DNA of 64,000 nt from a virus. Lineage: Duplodnaviria; Caudoviricetes. The stretch spans positions 1 through 64,000 of the IMG/VR virus record IMGVR_UViG_3300031555_003108; one strand, 5' to 3'. Below the pieces are notes generated by a model. The model worked only from the letters and a program-made list of their open reading frames with translations. It ran no database searches and was not told the DNA's origin. Shown in pieces: positions 43,747 to 53,392 of this stretch (its first letter is position 1; every line of letters begins with the position of its first letter). The position numbers were made by a program, and so were the translations under genes.

Positions 43747-45974
43747 TAGCAACACTCACGACAGTCCATATGAACATGTCTATCTTTAATCTCAGCAGTT
43801 CTACCTTGGTTAAAGAACTGAGTTCCAATGTATCCACAAGTTCTTCTTGCAACATTCATCTTCGACTGATCTCGGTTTCCGCAGTTAGGGCACTCCCAGA
43901 CAAGCTTACCTGACTCATCTTCTACGATGAGGATCTCACGATCCCAGCCACACTCCTGGCAGTAGTCTGACTTAATATTAAGTTCAGCATACATGATGTT
44001 ATCATAGATGTACTTGATCACAGTAAGTACTGCTTCGAGATTATTCTCGAGATTCGCACTTTCAATATAGCTGATCGCACCGCCGGAAGAAAGTCTCTGG
44101 AACTTCGCTTCTACTGCAAGCTTCTCAAAAGGATCAATCTCTTTAGTTACATGAACATGGTAACTATTAGTAATATAGTTCTTATCTGTAACTCCGGGAA
44201 TTTCGCCCCAGCGCTTCTGCAAGCACTTAGCAAACTTATAAGTAGTTGACTCGAGAGGGGTTCCGTAGATTCCGAATCCGAGATAGAGTTCCTTATTCCA
44301 GTCATCACACTTCTTATTCATGTAACGCATGATCTCAAGTCCGAGTTCCTGACCTTCCTCAGTAAGTAGGTCCTTACCAATGAGTTCTACTACACATTCC
44401 CAAAGTCCGGCGTATCCAAGTGAGATAGTTGAGTATCCACCAGTAAGAAGCTTATCGATGGTCTCACCCTTCTTTAGTCGAGCAATAGCACCATGCTGCC
44501 AAAGGATCGGAGCGACATCACTTACTGTACCCTTGAGTCTCTCATAGCGGCAAAGCAAAGCTTTATGACAGAGCTCGAGTACTTCATCAAAGTTCTTCCA
44601 GAAACTATCAAGGTCTTTAGCGTAGTTAGCACCGCTTGCACCGCACGCTACATCTACTAGGTTGACTGTGACTACACCTTTATTAAATCTACCGTACCAC
44701 TTCTGCTTTCCGTTCTCATCATACCAGGGGCTCAAGCAGGATCTGCAACCCATAGGTGCGAAGCAGCCGCCTTCTTTGAGTTCCTTCATGATCTTCTCAC
44801 TAATGTAATCCGGGACTAGCCGCTTTGCAGTGCACTTCGCCGCAAGCTTAGTGAGGTACCAGTACTCGGAATCCGGATACACATTATCTTCTTCTAGAAC
44901 ATATACAAGTTTCGGGAATGCGGGGGAAACCCAGATACCTTTCTCATTCTTGATTCCCTCACGTCTTTGAAGAAGTACTTCTTCGATCACCATCGCGAGA
45001 TCCTTCTTGGTTCTTTCATCTTCTACTTCATTAAGATACATAAACACCGTGATGAAGGGAGCTTGACCATTAGTAGTGAGTAGAGTATTAACTTGGTACT
45101 GAATAGTTTGCACTCCGCGCTTTACTTCTGTGCGAACTCTCTTCTCTGTAATTTTGTTAATTATGCTAGTACGGTATTTAGATGGTAGTAACTTCATAAA
45201 CAGCTTAATGATCTTAAAAGAATTAAACTCTTCTTCTACTTCGGCTCTGATCTTCTGTCTAGAAATATCTACGAAAGGAGCCAGGTGGGAGAGGGTGATA
45301 GACTGTCCACCGTACTGGTTACTGCTTACTTGTGCGATGATCTGCGTAGCGATATTACAAGCAGTCGCGAAACTATGAGGCTTCTCGACTAGAGTTCCGG
45401 AAATTACGGTTCCGTTTTGAAGCATGTCTTCGAGATTAACGAGGTCGCAGTTATGCATCTTCTGAATAAAGTAATCTGAGTCATGGAAGTGAATAGTTCC
45501 TTCGTCATGCGCCTTCACTACATCCTTAGGAAGAAGAAGTCTTCTAGTAATGTCCTTACTAGTTTCTCCAGCCATGTAGTCTCTCTGAGTAGAGTTAACT
45601 ACCGGGTTCTTATTTGCGTTCTCCTGCTTGAGTTCCTCATTACTTAGATTAATCAAACTAAGAATCGAATCATCGGTAGTGTTAGACTTTCTTACTAATT
45701 CTTTATTGTACCTATACCGAATAAACGCGCGAACGAGATCGTTGTAATTTCGGGAGATAAGTTCGTCTTCGATAAGATCGTTAATGTCTTCAACCTTAAT
45801 TGCTCTCTTATACTCCTTACACTTCTCTTCTACTATGTTAGCAAGCTGATCAATCTTTCTAGGACCAATCTGCTTTGATTTGATAACTTCCTGATTAGCA
45901 TGAGAAATTGCCTTGATAATCTTGGACTTATCAAATTCGACTTCTCTGCCATCACGCTTAATAACTCTTTGCAT
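43746..45974 (-). CDS. nrdD: Class III anaerobic ribonucleotide reductase with ATP cone
   Basis: VIKRDG ATP cone, MGCRS, YITNSYH, two CxxC, RRTCGYI; start at MQRV. Confidence 0.95.
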   Translation of the reverse strand: MQRVIKRDGREVEFDKSKIIKAISHANQEVIKSKQIGPRKIDQLANIVEEKCKEYKRAIKVEDINDLIEDELISRNYNDLVRAFIRYRYNKELVRKSNTTDDSILSLINLSNEELKQENANKNPVVNSTQRDYMAGETSKDITRRLLLPKDVVKAHDEGTIHFHDSDYFIQKMHNCDLVNLEDMLQNGTVISGTLVEKPHSFATACNIATQIIAQVSSNQYGGQSITLSHLAPFVDISRQKIRAEVEEEFNSFKIIKLFMKLLPSKYRTSIINKITEKRVRTEVKRGVQTIQYQVNTLLTTNGQAPFITVFMYLNEVEDERTKKDLAMVIEEVLLQRREGIKNEKGIWVSPAFPKLVYVLEEDNVYPDSEYWYLTKLAAKCTAKRLVPDYISEKIMKELKEGGCFAPMGCRSCLSPWYDENGKQKWYGRFNKGVVTVNLVDVACGASGANYAKDLDSFWKNFDEVLELCHKALLCRYERLKGTVSDVAPILWQHGAIARLKKGETIDKLLTGGYSTISLGYAGLWECVVELIGKDLLTEEGQELGLEIMRYMNKKCDDWNKELYLGFGIYGTPLESTTYKFAKCLQKRWGEIPGVTDKNYITNSYHVHVTKEIDPFEKLAVEAKFQRLSSGGAISYIESANLENNLEAVLTVIKYIYDNIMYAELNIKSDYCQECGWDREILIVEDESGKLVWECPNCGNRDQSKMNVARRTCGYIGTQFFNQGRTAEIKDRHVHMDCRECC

Positions 45975-46061
45975 AATTTCCACCTTTCTATAGTAATTAT
46001 CTCCCAAAGTTCATTTACCTGGGGTAATAAATTTAGCAAATTTTTAAGCTATTTCGGGTTA

Positions 46062-46138
46062 TAAAAAAGGAGACGGGACGGCAGATCTTTAACCCACCAT
46101 CCCGATGCCAATGAACACTTTAACCCTAATCACTCACC
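46062..46138 (-). ncRNA. Candidate small RNA or terminated leader upstream of nrdD
   Basis: Class C promoter at about 46145-46153; GGGTTAAAG occurs twice; ends in a GC-rich hairpin with a U6 tract. Confidence 0.45.
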
Positions 46139-46765
46139 TATAATATTATACGATATTAAAGGTTTATTTTTTGATAAAACGAGAAATAAATCCCAAGTCC
46201 GTCTACATATAAATAATACTTCTCAGAGTTATTAGTTTCGGATACTATAAAGTTTTTATACTTAAACTTATCGAAGTAGATGGCTCCCACAGGTTTCTTA
46301 TTTATATCAAGCAACTCGATTACCGGAGGCTTCTCTTGATCCGCATAAGCATGAAATAAAGTAGTTAGCGAATGTTCCATATATCTCTCTCCTCTCCGAA
46401 AAGAAAAGCTTTTAGGAAATTGCCGGCGAATAGCCAGTTTTCGTAATCTATTAAAATATCCTTAATGATCTTCTGCTCTTCTCTATAAAAATAAATTGCC
46501 TGCTGAAGTTGCTTATAAGCTAATATCAGATTAACATCAGCCTGATGATGTTTAATAGCCTTACAGTACTTTTTAAATAAGGTATTTGCAGAACCTTCTA
46601 AAATGTCTATAACTTTCATAACTGCACGTAAAGTAGCTCTTCCACCGGCATACTCGCTAAAGAAGCGTAATTGTTCAAATTTCGTATGTTCACCGGCTTT
46701 AGCATTTTCTATTAAATTTAAAAATAGTTCTTTTGTGTCGTCCATGTTAATAAACCTTTGTAATT

Positions 46766-46847
46766 AAAATAATAGAGCCTCGGCAGGAGGAAATCCGAGG
46801 CTCTTACGAAAGGAGGAAACTTGTCTATAAGATTTAGTATCTTATAG
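46766..46847 (-). ncRNA. Candidate small RNA with two anti-Shine-Dalgarno motifs
   Basis: Class C promoter at about 46851-46859; two hairpins; TTTCCTCCT occurs twice. Confidence 0.5.
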
Positions 46848-46901
46848 TATATTATACGATATGTAATTTGAAATTTTTCAAATTGTCTGAAATTTTTCAA
46901 A

Positions 46902-47393
46902 TTAATAACCAAAGAAAAGATCGAAAATATCTATTGCTTTCTTTGTAGGTACATTATCGGAAGTCTGCTTGCTAAGTGTTGTCTCGAAGTCTCCATCTTT
47001 TAAAGTGATGTGATAAGAATCATACTTATCAGTAAACTCCTTAAGTGCTACCTGATAGACTTCTTCAGCCTCAGCAAGCTTGTTATGGATATCCTTCTTG
47101 CCGAGCTCAAAAGCATTCTTAAGGTTATCAAGAGCTTCAGCATACTCCTTGGTAAGCTGAGTAAGCTCTTCCTTATAAGTCTTACGTGCAGCATTGAGTG
47201 CCTTAAATGCATCTTCTACCTTAAGAGCATCAGCTTTCTTCTGAGCAGCAGCGTCTTCCTTAGTTTTCTGTTTAGCATAGTAAGCTTCCTCAGCTTCCTG
47301 AAGTTCCTCGATAGTATCAAAGGGTTCCTTCAAAAGCTTTGAGTAGTAACCATACTCTACATCTGTTTTTCTGGTGTCATTCTTCTTTGTCAT
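46902..47393 (-). CDS. Coiled-coil hypothetical protein
   Basis: A/E/K-rich helical sequence with strongly biased codons. Confidence 0.7.
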   Translation of the reverse strand: MTKKNDTRKTDVEYGYYSKLLKEPFDTIEELQEAEEAYYAKQKTKEDAAAQKKADALKVEDAFKALNAARKTYKEELTQLTKEYAEALDNLKNAFELGKKDIHNKLAEAEEVYQVALKEFTDKYDSYHITLKDGDFETTLSKQTSDNVPTKKAIDIFDLFFGY

Positions 47394-47480
47394 TTTTAAA
47401 TACCAATCCTTTTTGTTATTTTTATATTAAGCCGGACAGAAGTCCTCTCAACTGCCTGACTTTATATTATACGATAAAAA

Positions 47481-49529
47481 TTAATTAAATCCGCAATCTA
47501 CACAAATGCCAGTTTCGATATCAAAGGTTTCTTTACCACACTCAGGGCAAAGCCTTAAATGAGAATCTGAAACTTCTGAAGTTTCGTTAGGATAACCGTC
47601 ATCATATTCATTACCGAGGTCATGAAGCTCTTCTGGATCAAAGTCTTCTTCAAAGCGTTGAAGTGCTCCAGGGCCTGGACCTTTGCCGGCAACGACTCTT
47701 ATGTCAGTTTCTTTCCAATCAAAGCGACCACCAGCTGCACGTCTTTCTGCTTCTAAATTTTTCATATAATCTAATGCCCAACTCTCAGCGGCTTCTTTGG
47801 TTGTAGCTGTAGTATTCATTAAATTATGCCATTTACCATTATATCTAGTTTGAATATACCAACGTGGTTGATTATGACGTTCTTCGTATTCAGCCATCCT
47901 TTTTGCATGTTGTTCATCCTCAAACTTTTTAACTAGCTCATCTCTACGTTCGCCTTCTACAAACTCCCCGGTAGCTTCATCATAATAAGGCCACTCTTGT
48001 CTCCAATTTTGACGTCCAACAGGGTACTGAGTGTTATATCTTTCGGCACCATACTTTGCCACATAGCGTTGAGCAAAACGCATATTCTTCTGTCTTTCAT
48101 GCTCAGCAGCTTTGGCTTCACGCTCAGCAATCTTTTCTGGGCTCAGCTCTCTTGCTTTTCTTACTTTAGAAAGTGTATCACCAAAGCTGTCAATCGATCT
48201 GAAATCATCATCGACTCCGGCTACATCTAAAAGGTAGTCATCATCCCAAGAACTACCAAATTCACTATTAGCTGCAGCAGCAATATCAGATAAAGAAGCT
48301 TCAGTAAGGTCTTCATCTGCAGGATAAACCATAGCTACACCATCATATAAACCATAGTTATAGTCATAGTACTTGTGCTCCATTGCTTCATAAGCTTCTT
48401 CTTCTGTTACTGCTTCCACAGTTCCAATTTCTTTACCATCAAATTCACAAATCCAAGTTTTAGTCTCAAGTTCTTCGTCGAGCTGGGGTTGGTTATTAAG
48501 TTGTCGAGAAATTTCACAAGCTATAGCACTTGCCCAACCTCTATATTTTTCTGGATCCTCTGGAACTTCAATATCGTAGTTGTTCTCTATGTCTGCAATA
48601 ACATCATCTACGAAATCTTCTGCAGAAGAATCATAGCCAATATCATTCACCAAGTGATTAATAGAATCTTTTACAAGGTCAGCGAGAGATTTAGCGTTGT
48701 CAATGTCCTCATCAAGGAAATCCCAATAGTTATTCTCTCTAAACGTTAGAGTCTCGCCTCTAGACTTAATAGCCATCTCACATCTGCTGCAGAGCCAGCC
48801 TAGACCATCATCTGGTCCGCCTGCTCCAACCTCATAACGACACTCACTCTTATCAAAGAGGTCATTACACCAAGCACACTCTACGGTATCCTCGTTCTCT
48901 TCCATCTCTTCTACTAGCTGCTCGATAGTCATTCCTTCTGGAATAGGCTTTCTGCGGAGCTCATCAGCAAGTTCTACAATCTTAGCCTTTGAGCCTTTCT
49001 TGTAACCAGCGAGAGAAGCCTCAGCATCGGCTAATGAACTAAATATTGACAAAGCGTCTGAATCGATACGTACGAGACTTCTACCACCATTGCCTTCATA
49101 GTTATATCCATCGCTGTCGTTACTCACTTTTATTACATATTGTTTAGCAGTCTCTTGTCCAGGGGTAGTTACCCACTCATCTAAGATAGGTTCCTCCGCT
49201 TTGCAGTCTACGGAGTTGTCTAATGAATCAAACTCGGGATCCTGACCATCAGCCATAAGCTTAAGGTCGTCTTTAGTGAAAATAGACTTAGTCGGTTCTG
49301 CTTCGGTGTATCCACCCTCGGACTCACCCATTATATCTTCCCAAGACCAAACAGTTCCGAGATCAGCAGAATCAGTACACTCGCCGAAGTCGTTGCGGCA
49401 TACCTCTGTCTGAGTAATAATAGGTTTCTGACTTAGGCAACCCAAAGCAAACTCTTTTGCTTCATCAAAGAAATCGAAGTGCTCATCTTCACAGTTGGGG
49501 CACTTTACAAAATAAATATATGTTACCAT
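47481..49529 (-). CDS. Large acidic modular protein behind a class D motif
   Basis: TGCTAAATTA at 49557-49566; modules separated by ILDE, FLDE, QLDE and DLTE; several CxxC motifs. Confidence 0.75.
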   Translation of the reverse strand: MVTYIYFVKCPNCEDEHFDFFDEAKEFALGCLSQKPIITQTEVCRNDFGECTDSADLGTVWSWEDIMGESEGGYTEAEPTKSIFTKDDLKLMADGQDPEFDSLDNSVDCKAEEPILDEWVTTPGQETAKQYVIKVSNDSDGYNYEGNGGRSLVRIDSDALSIFSSLADAEASLAGYKKGSKAKIVELADELRRKPIPEGMTIEQLVEEMEENEDTVECAWCNDLFDKSECRYEVGAGGPDDGLGWLCSRCEMAIKSRGETLTFRENNYWDFLDEDIDNAKSLADLVKDSINHLVNDIGYDSSAEDFVDDVIADIENNYDIEVPEDPEKYRGWASAIACEISRQLNNQPQLDEELETKTWICEFDGKEIGTVEAVTEEEAYEAMEHKYYDYNYGLYDGVAMVYPADEDLTEASLSDIAAAANSEFGSSWDDDYLLDVAGVDDDFRSIDSFGDTLSKVRKARELSPEKIAEREAKAAEHERQKNMRFAQRYVAKYGAERYNTQYPVGRQNWRQEWPYYDEATGEFVEGERRDELVKKFEDEQHAKRMAEYEERHNQPRWYIQTRYNGKWHNLMNTTATTKEAAESWALDYMKNLEAERRAAGGRFDWKETDIRVVAGKGPGPGALQRFEEDFDPEELHDLGNEYDDGYPNETSEVSDSHLRLCPECGKETFDIETGICVDCGFN

Positions 49530-49578
49530 TTATGTTCTCCTTAAAGGTTAATCGTATAATTTAGCAAATCGAAATTAC

Positions 49579-50016
49579 TTAAATTTCATCAAGTAATCCG
49601 GACTTTCTTAACATCTTCTCAGATTCCGAAATTAGCTGAATCTCGTTTACTTCACCGGCAACTAGGAAGACTTTGAGTATCCTGCCTTTGTAGCAAAGCC
49701 GGATATCTCTGAAATCTCCATTATGAAAATACTCTAATTTCGCACCGGCGAAATCCGGATAATTACGGAAGTCAGTTATAAGGTCGAGTTCTCGATCCAC
49801 AAACTTACACATATCTTCTTTGTAGTAGATATTGTTTAATCCTAGGTCTACTAGCTTCCCTCTCCACTGAGCGAAGCATTGAACTCCAGAGGGATCACTT
49901 AGAAAATTGATCTCGTGATCCCTGTACCTTATAGTATCATATCTAACTACAAGGCCAAGCTCCCTGGCTTCCTTAGAGATTGGCGTAATTTCGTTAGCCG
50001 GTATTAACTGCTCCAA
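49579..50016 (-). CDS. Hypothetical protein
   Basis: 145-aa ORF with a GAGGAG RBS. Confidence 0.65.
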   Translation of the reverse strand: MEQLIPANEITPISKEARELGLVVRYDTIRYRDHEINFLSDPSGVQCFAQWRGKLVDLGLNNIYYKEDMCKFVDRELDLITDFRNYPDFAGAKLEYFHNGDFRDIRLCYKGRILKVFLVAGEVNEIQLISESEKMLRKSGLLDEI

Positions 50017-50017
50017 C

Positions 50018-51142
50018 TTAATTCTCCTCTACAACGTATTCGAAATGTAACCCTTTTACGGACTTTAATTTTCCTCGTAAATTTGATTTTACACTTATCC
50101 CATATTTTTTACAAGCTTGACCAACTGAAATAAATAATTCGCCAGTCTCCGTACAACGTACACTTTTTAAACGTTTGATGTTATAATCATTAGGAATTTT
50201 CAATTTAAAGGCTCTTTGCTTGAGACTATTTATACTTCTACCTAAATAATCGCTACAATACTGCCAGGTATTGGCAGGTAAGTTTTCTCGTAACCAAGCG
50301 TCTTCTTCAACCGTCCAAAAAGTAGCCTTACTTAACTGAAGACGAGCTGCCTTCGAGGTTATACTACTAGGGCTTCTATTCAAAAATTCAACACAGGCGG
50401 TCATCGACGTTGTAGCATAATTAGCTATTAGCCACTCCGTATCTTCGTCTGTCCATAAGCGGTCAGAAATTTGTAAATTAGTTACTTTGTGCTCTATTGA
50501 GCCAGGTGTTCTACTTAAGTATTGAGCGCAAGCCTCTCTACCTAAATCTACATAGTTTAATTTTAGCCAGGTTTCTTCTTCAGAAGTCCAAATACGATCC
50601 GAAAGCCCGAGTGTACAGACTCTGCCTTTGACCGCTGCAGGTGTTTTATTTAAAACTTTGGCGATATTTTCCACAGTTTCTGCTGAGGTGCCGGTACGAT
50701 AAAGTTCGGCTAGTTTAGCATCATCTTCAGGCGACCAATAGAAATCCAAATTTCGTTTTATCTCAGTACAAATCTGCATAATAGCATCTTTAGAAAAGTG
50801 TAAAATGTCGGGTTTACCGCTCATTGCGAGAATAGCTTTAGCGTTACTCGTTTTTAGCTTACCAGTAGTGCAATTAAACAAAAGCCAATGAGCATAAAAA
50901 TGATCTGAATAAGTCAAGTCTACTAATCGATTGTGCGGGTCATTTAGTGAGATATCCTCAGTTGAAGCAAACTTTGAATCCTTTGAATAATCTGAATTGT
51001 AATAGCTTCTTGGAATTACATGATGCTTTTCAGTGTATTCAGTACTGGAAAAAGAAAAAGGCTGCTCAATAAATGACAAATACTCTTCCAAGTACTCGTT
51101 ATCGATAAAACAACCCAAAGATAATAAATAAGATTTTAACAT
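50018..51142 (-). CDS. HNH homing endonuclease with four Myb/SANT-like repeats and a NUMOD1-like tail
   Basis: EKHHVIP...LTYSDHFYAHWLL; W[ST]-x-E[DE] repeats about every 45 aa; SVRCTETGELF. Confidence 0.78.
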   Translation of the reverse strand: MLKSYLLSLGCFIDNEYLEEYLSFIEQPFSFSSTEYTEKHHVIPRSYYNSDYSKDSKFASTEDISLNDPHNRLVDLTYSDHFYAHWLLFNCTTGKLKTSNAKAILAMSGKPDILHFSKDAIMQICTEIKRNLDFYWSPEDDAKLAELYRTGTSAETVENIAKVLNKTPAAVKGRVCTLGLSDRIWTSEEETWLKLNYVDLGREACAQYLSRTPGSIEHKVTNLQISDRLWTDEDTEWLIANYATTSMTACVEFLNRSPSSITSKAARLQLSKATFWTVEEDAWLRENLPANTWQYCSDYLGRSINSLKQRAFKLKIPNDYNIKRLKSVRCTETGELFISVGQACKKYGISVKSNLRGKLKSVKGLHFEYVVEEN

Positions 51143-51229
51143 GTAGATCTCTCCTTCGACAATGTGTCAGAATTTTAATCACTCCAACAGGCATGCCACT
51201 GCCGAAGGAGCTATCTACATAATTTAGCA
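51141..51229 (-). promoter_or_regulatory. Class D motif plus a hairpin occluding the RBS and start codon
   Basis: ATGTAGAT..CTCCTTCGGCAGTG pairs with CATTGTCGAAGGAG..ATCTACAT(G). Confidence 0.72.
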
Positions 51230-51234
51230 AATAA

Positions 51235-52962
51235 TTAAAGCTCCAAAATAATTTTTCTTAGCTCATCCTGTAAACCTGTTGATAAGCTACTAGAATCTTT
51301 ACCATCTACTAGGTACTCGCCCAAATCTTTCTTTGTTGATACTATTTCCTGAACTCGCTCATCAATAGTTTCCTTACACACAAGTACCTTAATATAAGCA
51401 GGTCTAGTATTAGAAATTCTGTGTACGCGTTGATAACACTGCTCAAAAAGGGCGAAGGTATACGGAGTATCAATAAAAATCAGGTACATAGACGAATTAA
51501 GTGTATAGCCAACACCCATCTTAGAACACGAACCCAAAAAGACTTGCTCATCTGAGTCCTCTTGGAATCTAGCAACATTATTCATTACTGTTGCATCATC
51601 TACATCTCCTGTATTTAACGTATATCGAAATCCTTCTAATTTTGTGGCCAACTGATGCAAAGGCTCTTTAAACACAGAAAATACTACAACCTTTTCACCT
51701 TGAGACACAATCTCTTGGATATATTCAAAAGCTCTTTGTACTTTTACTGAATCAATACTTTGAGTAGTAAGCACGTTTGGACATGCTGTGGCCTGCCTCA
51801 ACCGTGTAGTAAGCGCAAGTAAATTTCCAGACTTGAGTTCAATCTTATCTGCCTCTTCTTTGACCCCTTCTTTGATAGCCTCATAGAACTTTTGTTGGCT
51901 CTCATCCATCTCAAGGTATTCAGTATCTATAGTAAGCAGCGGAATATCAGCTCTAACATCATATAAAGTACGTCTAATAGAGCAGCTATCAATTTCCTCT
52001 CGAAGTACCTCTAAGTTCTTATAACCAATAATTTGGCTATTTCCGAAAGGGCCACCAAAATTACAGTACTGAGATTTGAAATTCGTAAGTGTCGCACTTT
52101 CGTTATCAGTGAACTTTAGACTAGGAAAAGCAGAGAGAGGGCTATTAACTATGAGAGTACCAGTGGCTGCTACCTTAAAGTCTGCGTCTAGTTTCATTAG
52201 GTTATTATACTGAGTAGTATCCGGTGCTCCAATCTTATGAGACTCATCGAAAGCTATTAACCCAAATTTATTTTCAGAAGTCTTTATAGCCTCGACAATC
52301 TTGGGGTCTCTAATAGACTCAACGTTAATTAAAACGAAGAACTCATCGATTTTATTCTTAAGCTGCTCAGCTCTTTTAACCATAGAGTGATATCTGGTAG
52401 TACCGGTTCTAGTAACATACTTTCCGATAGTAACTACCGACTCGGTCGAAAACTTCTGAATTTCGCGTTCCCAGTTTCCTCTAAGTCCGGCAATTCCGGT
52501 AATTACGAGACAGTGCTCTATAATCCCTCTCTTCTTAAGAGTTTCTGCAAAGAGGATCATCTCGAGAGACTTACCAACTCCGCAGCCGTCAAGTAACAAA
52601 GACTTCTCCTGTTTAAGTAGAAAGTCTACAGCTTCTAATTGGTGTGGGAAAGGGGAAGCCTTAAACGAAATCTTCTCAATCTCGGAGAGGGCCTCAAGAT
52701 TATATTTTCTGTGTAAACGAAATCCGTCTGATTCCGGTGTATCTAAAAGTTTAAGTTGTATATCGTCCAGGAAAGTAAGACTATCTAAAACTCTGCCTAG
52801 GTAGCAAATGGGAACCTCCCAACATTTCTCCTTCTTGAAGTAATGATAAGTAGGGAGTGTCTTAAGGGCGTCTACTATGTACTGATTAAAGTCGAAATCT
52901 ATAATTAGTGAGCTTAAGCCCGAAATCTTTTTTCCCGGAGATATTTCAAATATTCTTATCAA
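51235..52962 (-). CDS. SNF2-family helicase/ATPase
   Basis: DGCGVGKS, FDESH, TGT, LRQ, GVGYTL, QCYQRVHRI. Confidence 0.88.
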   Translation of the reverse strand: MIRIFEISPGKKISGLSSLIIDFDFNQYIVDALKTLPTYHYFKKEKCWEVPICYLGRVLDSLTFLDDIQLKLLDTPESDGFRLHRKYNLEALSEIEKISFKASPFPHQLEAVDFLLKQEKSLLLDGCGVGKSLEMILFAETLKKRGIIEHCLVITGIAGLRGNWEREIQKFSTESVVTIGKYVTRTGTTRYHSMVKRAEQLKNKIDEFFVLINVESIRDPKIVEAIKTSENKFGLIAFDESHKIGAPDTTQYNNLMKLDADFKVAATGTLIVNSPLSAFPSLKFTDNESATLTNFKSQYCNFGGPFGNSQIIGYKNLEVLREEIDSCSIRRTLYDVRADIPLLTIDTEYLEMDESQQKFYEAIKEGVKEEADKIELKSGNLLALTTRLRQATACPNVLTTQSIDSVKVQRAFEYIQEIVSQGEKVVVFSVFKEPLHQLATKLEGFRYTLNTGDVDDATVMNNVARFQEDSDEQVFLGSCSKMGVGYTLNSSMYLIFIDTPYTFALFEQCYQRVHRISNTRPAYIKVLVCKETIDERVQEIVSTKKDLGEYLVDGKDSSSLSTGLQDELRKIILEL

Positions 52963-53059
52963 TTCTGAAATCTCCTAAATTACATAATATAAAAAGCAAA
53001 AGAAGCTAAATCCGGCGTAAGTGCAAGCAATAGCCTTAAATTTAGCCTTATAGGTGCAA

Positions 53060-53392
53060 TTAATCTAAAAGAGGAACGTATTGGGTTGAGAAGTCAGCTT
53101 CCGGAGCCTCTTTCATAGACTTATATGTAGTAGTAGCCTCAATAACAAAAGGCTTATCACAAAATTCGCAGATAAAGTGCTCGATCATGTCCGGCTCTCG
53201 AGCTTCAGTAGAATAATCCTCATAGATAATCTTTCCTACTGCATCTTTTACTATATCATCCGGCTGGCCTATCAAAGAACCAGGCATGTAGATCTCACCG
53301 GGAAGATATTCTGCTCCGCAGTGAGGACATCTAATTACGGGGGTTTTATGCGCAACTAATGTTTTCATATGTATTTTTGGCTCCTCTAACAA
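53060..53392 (-). CDS. Zinc-finger hypothetical protein
   Basis: CPHCG...CEFCD. Confidence 0.65.
   Translation of the reverse strand: MLEEPKIHMKTLVAHKTPVIRCPHCGAEYLPGEIYMPGSLIGQPDDIVKDAVGKIIYEDYSTEAREPDMIEHFICEFCDKPFVIEATTTYKSMKEAPEADFSTQYVPLLD

Noticed and set aside
43746-45974. Intron or intein in nrdD or the other conserved genes
   Set aside because: The ORFs are uninterrupted, of normal length and show no intein motifs; the endonucleases are free-standing.
46718-46912. 64-aa minus-strand ORF over the anti-SD RNA
   Set aside because: It has no RBS and spans a promoter and hairpins; the region is better explained as non-coding.
53000-53050. GCTAAAT-like sequence upstream of the SNF2 gene as a class D promoter
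   Set aside because: It is an imperfect match and forms one arm of a terminator-like inverted repeat (gctaaat/atttagc).
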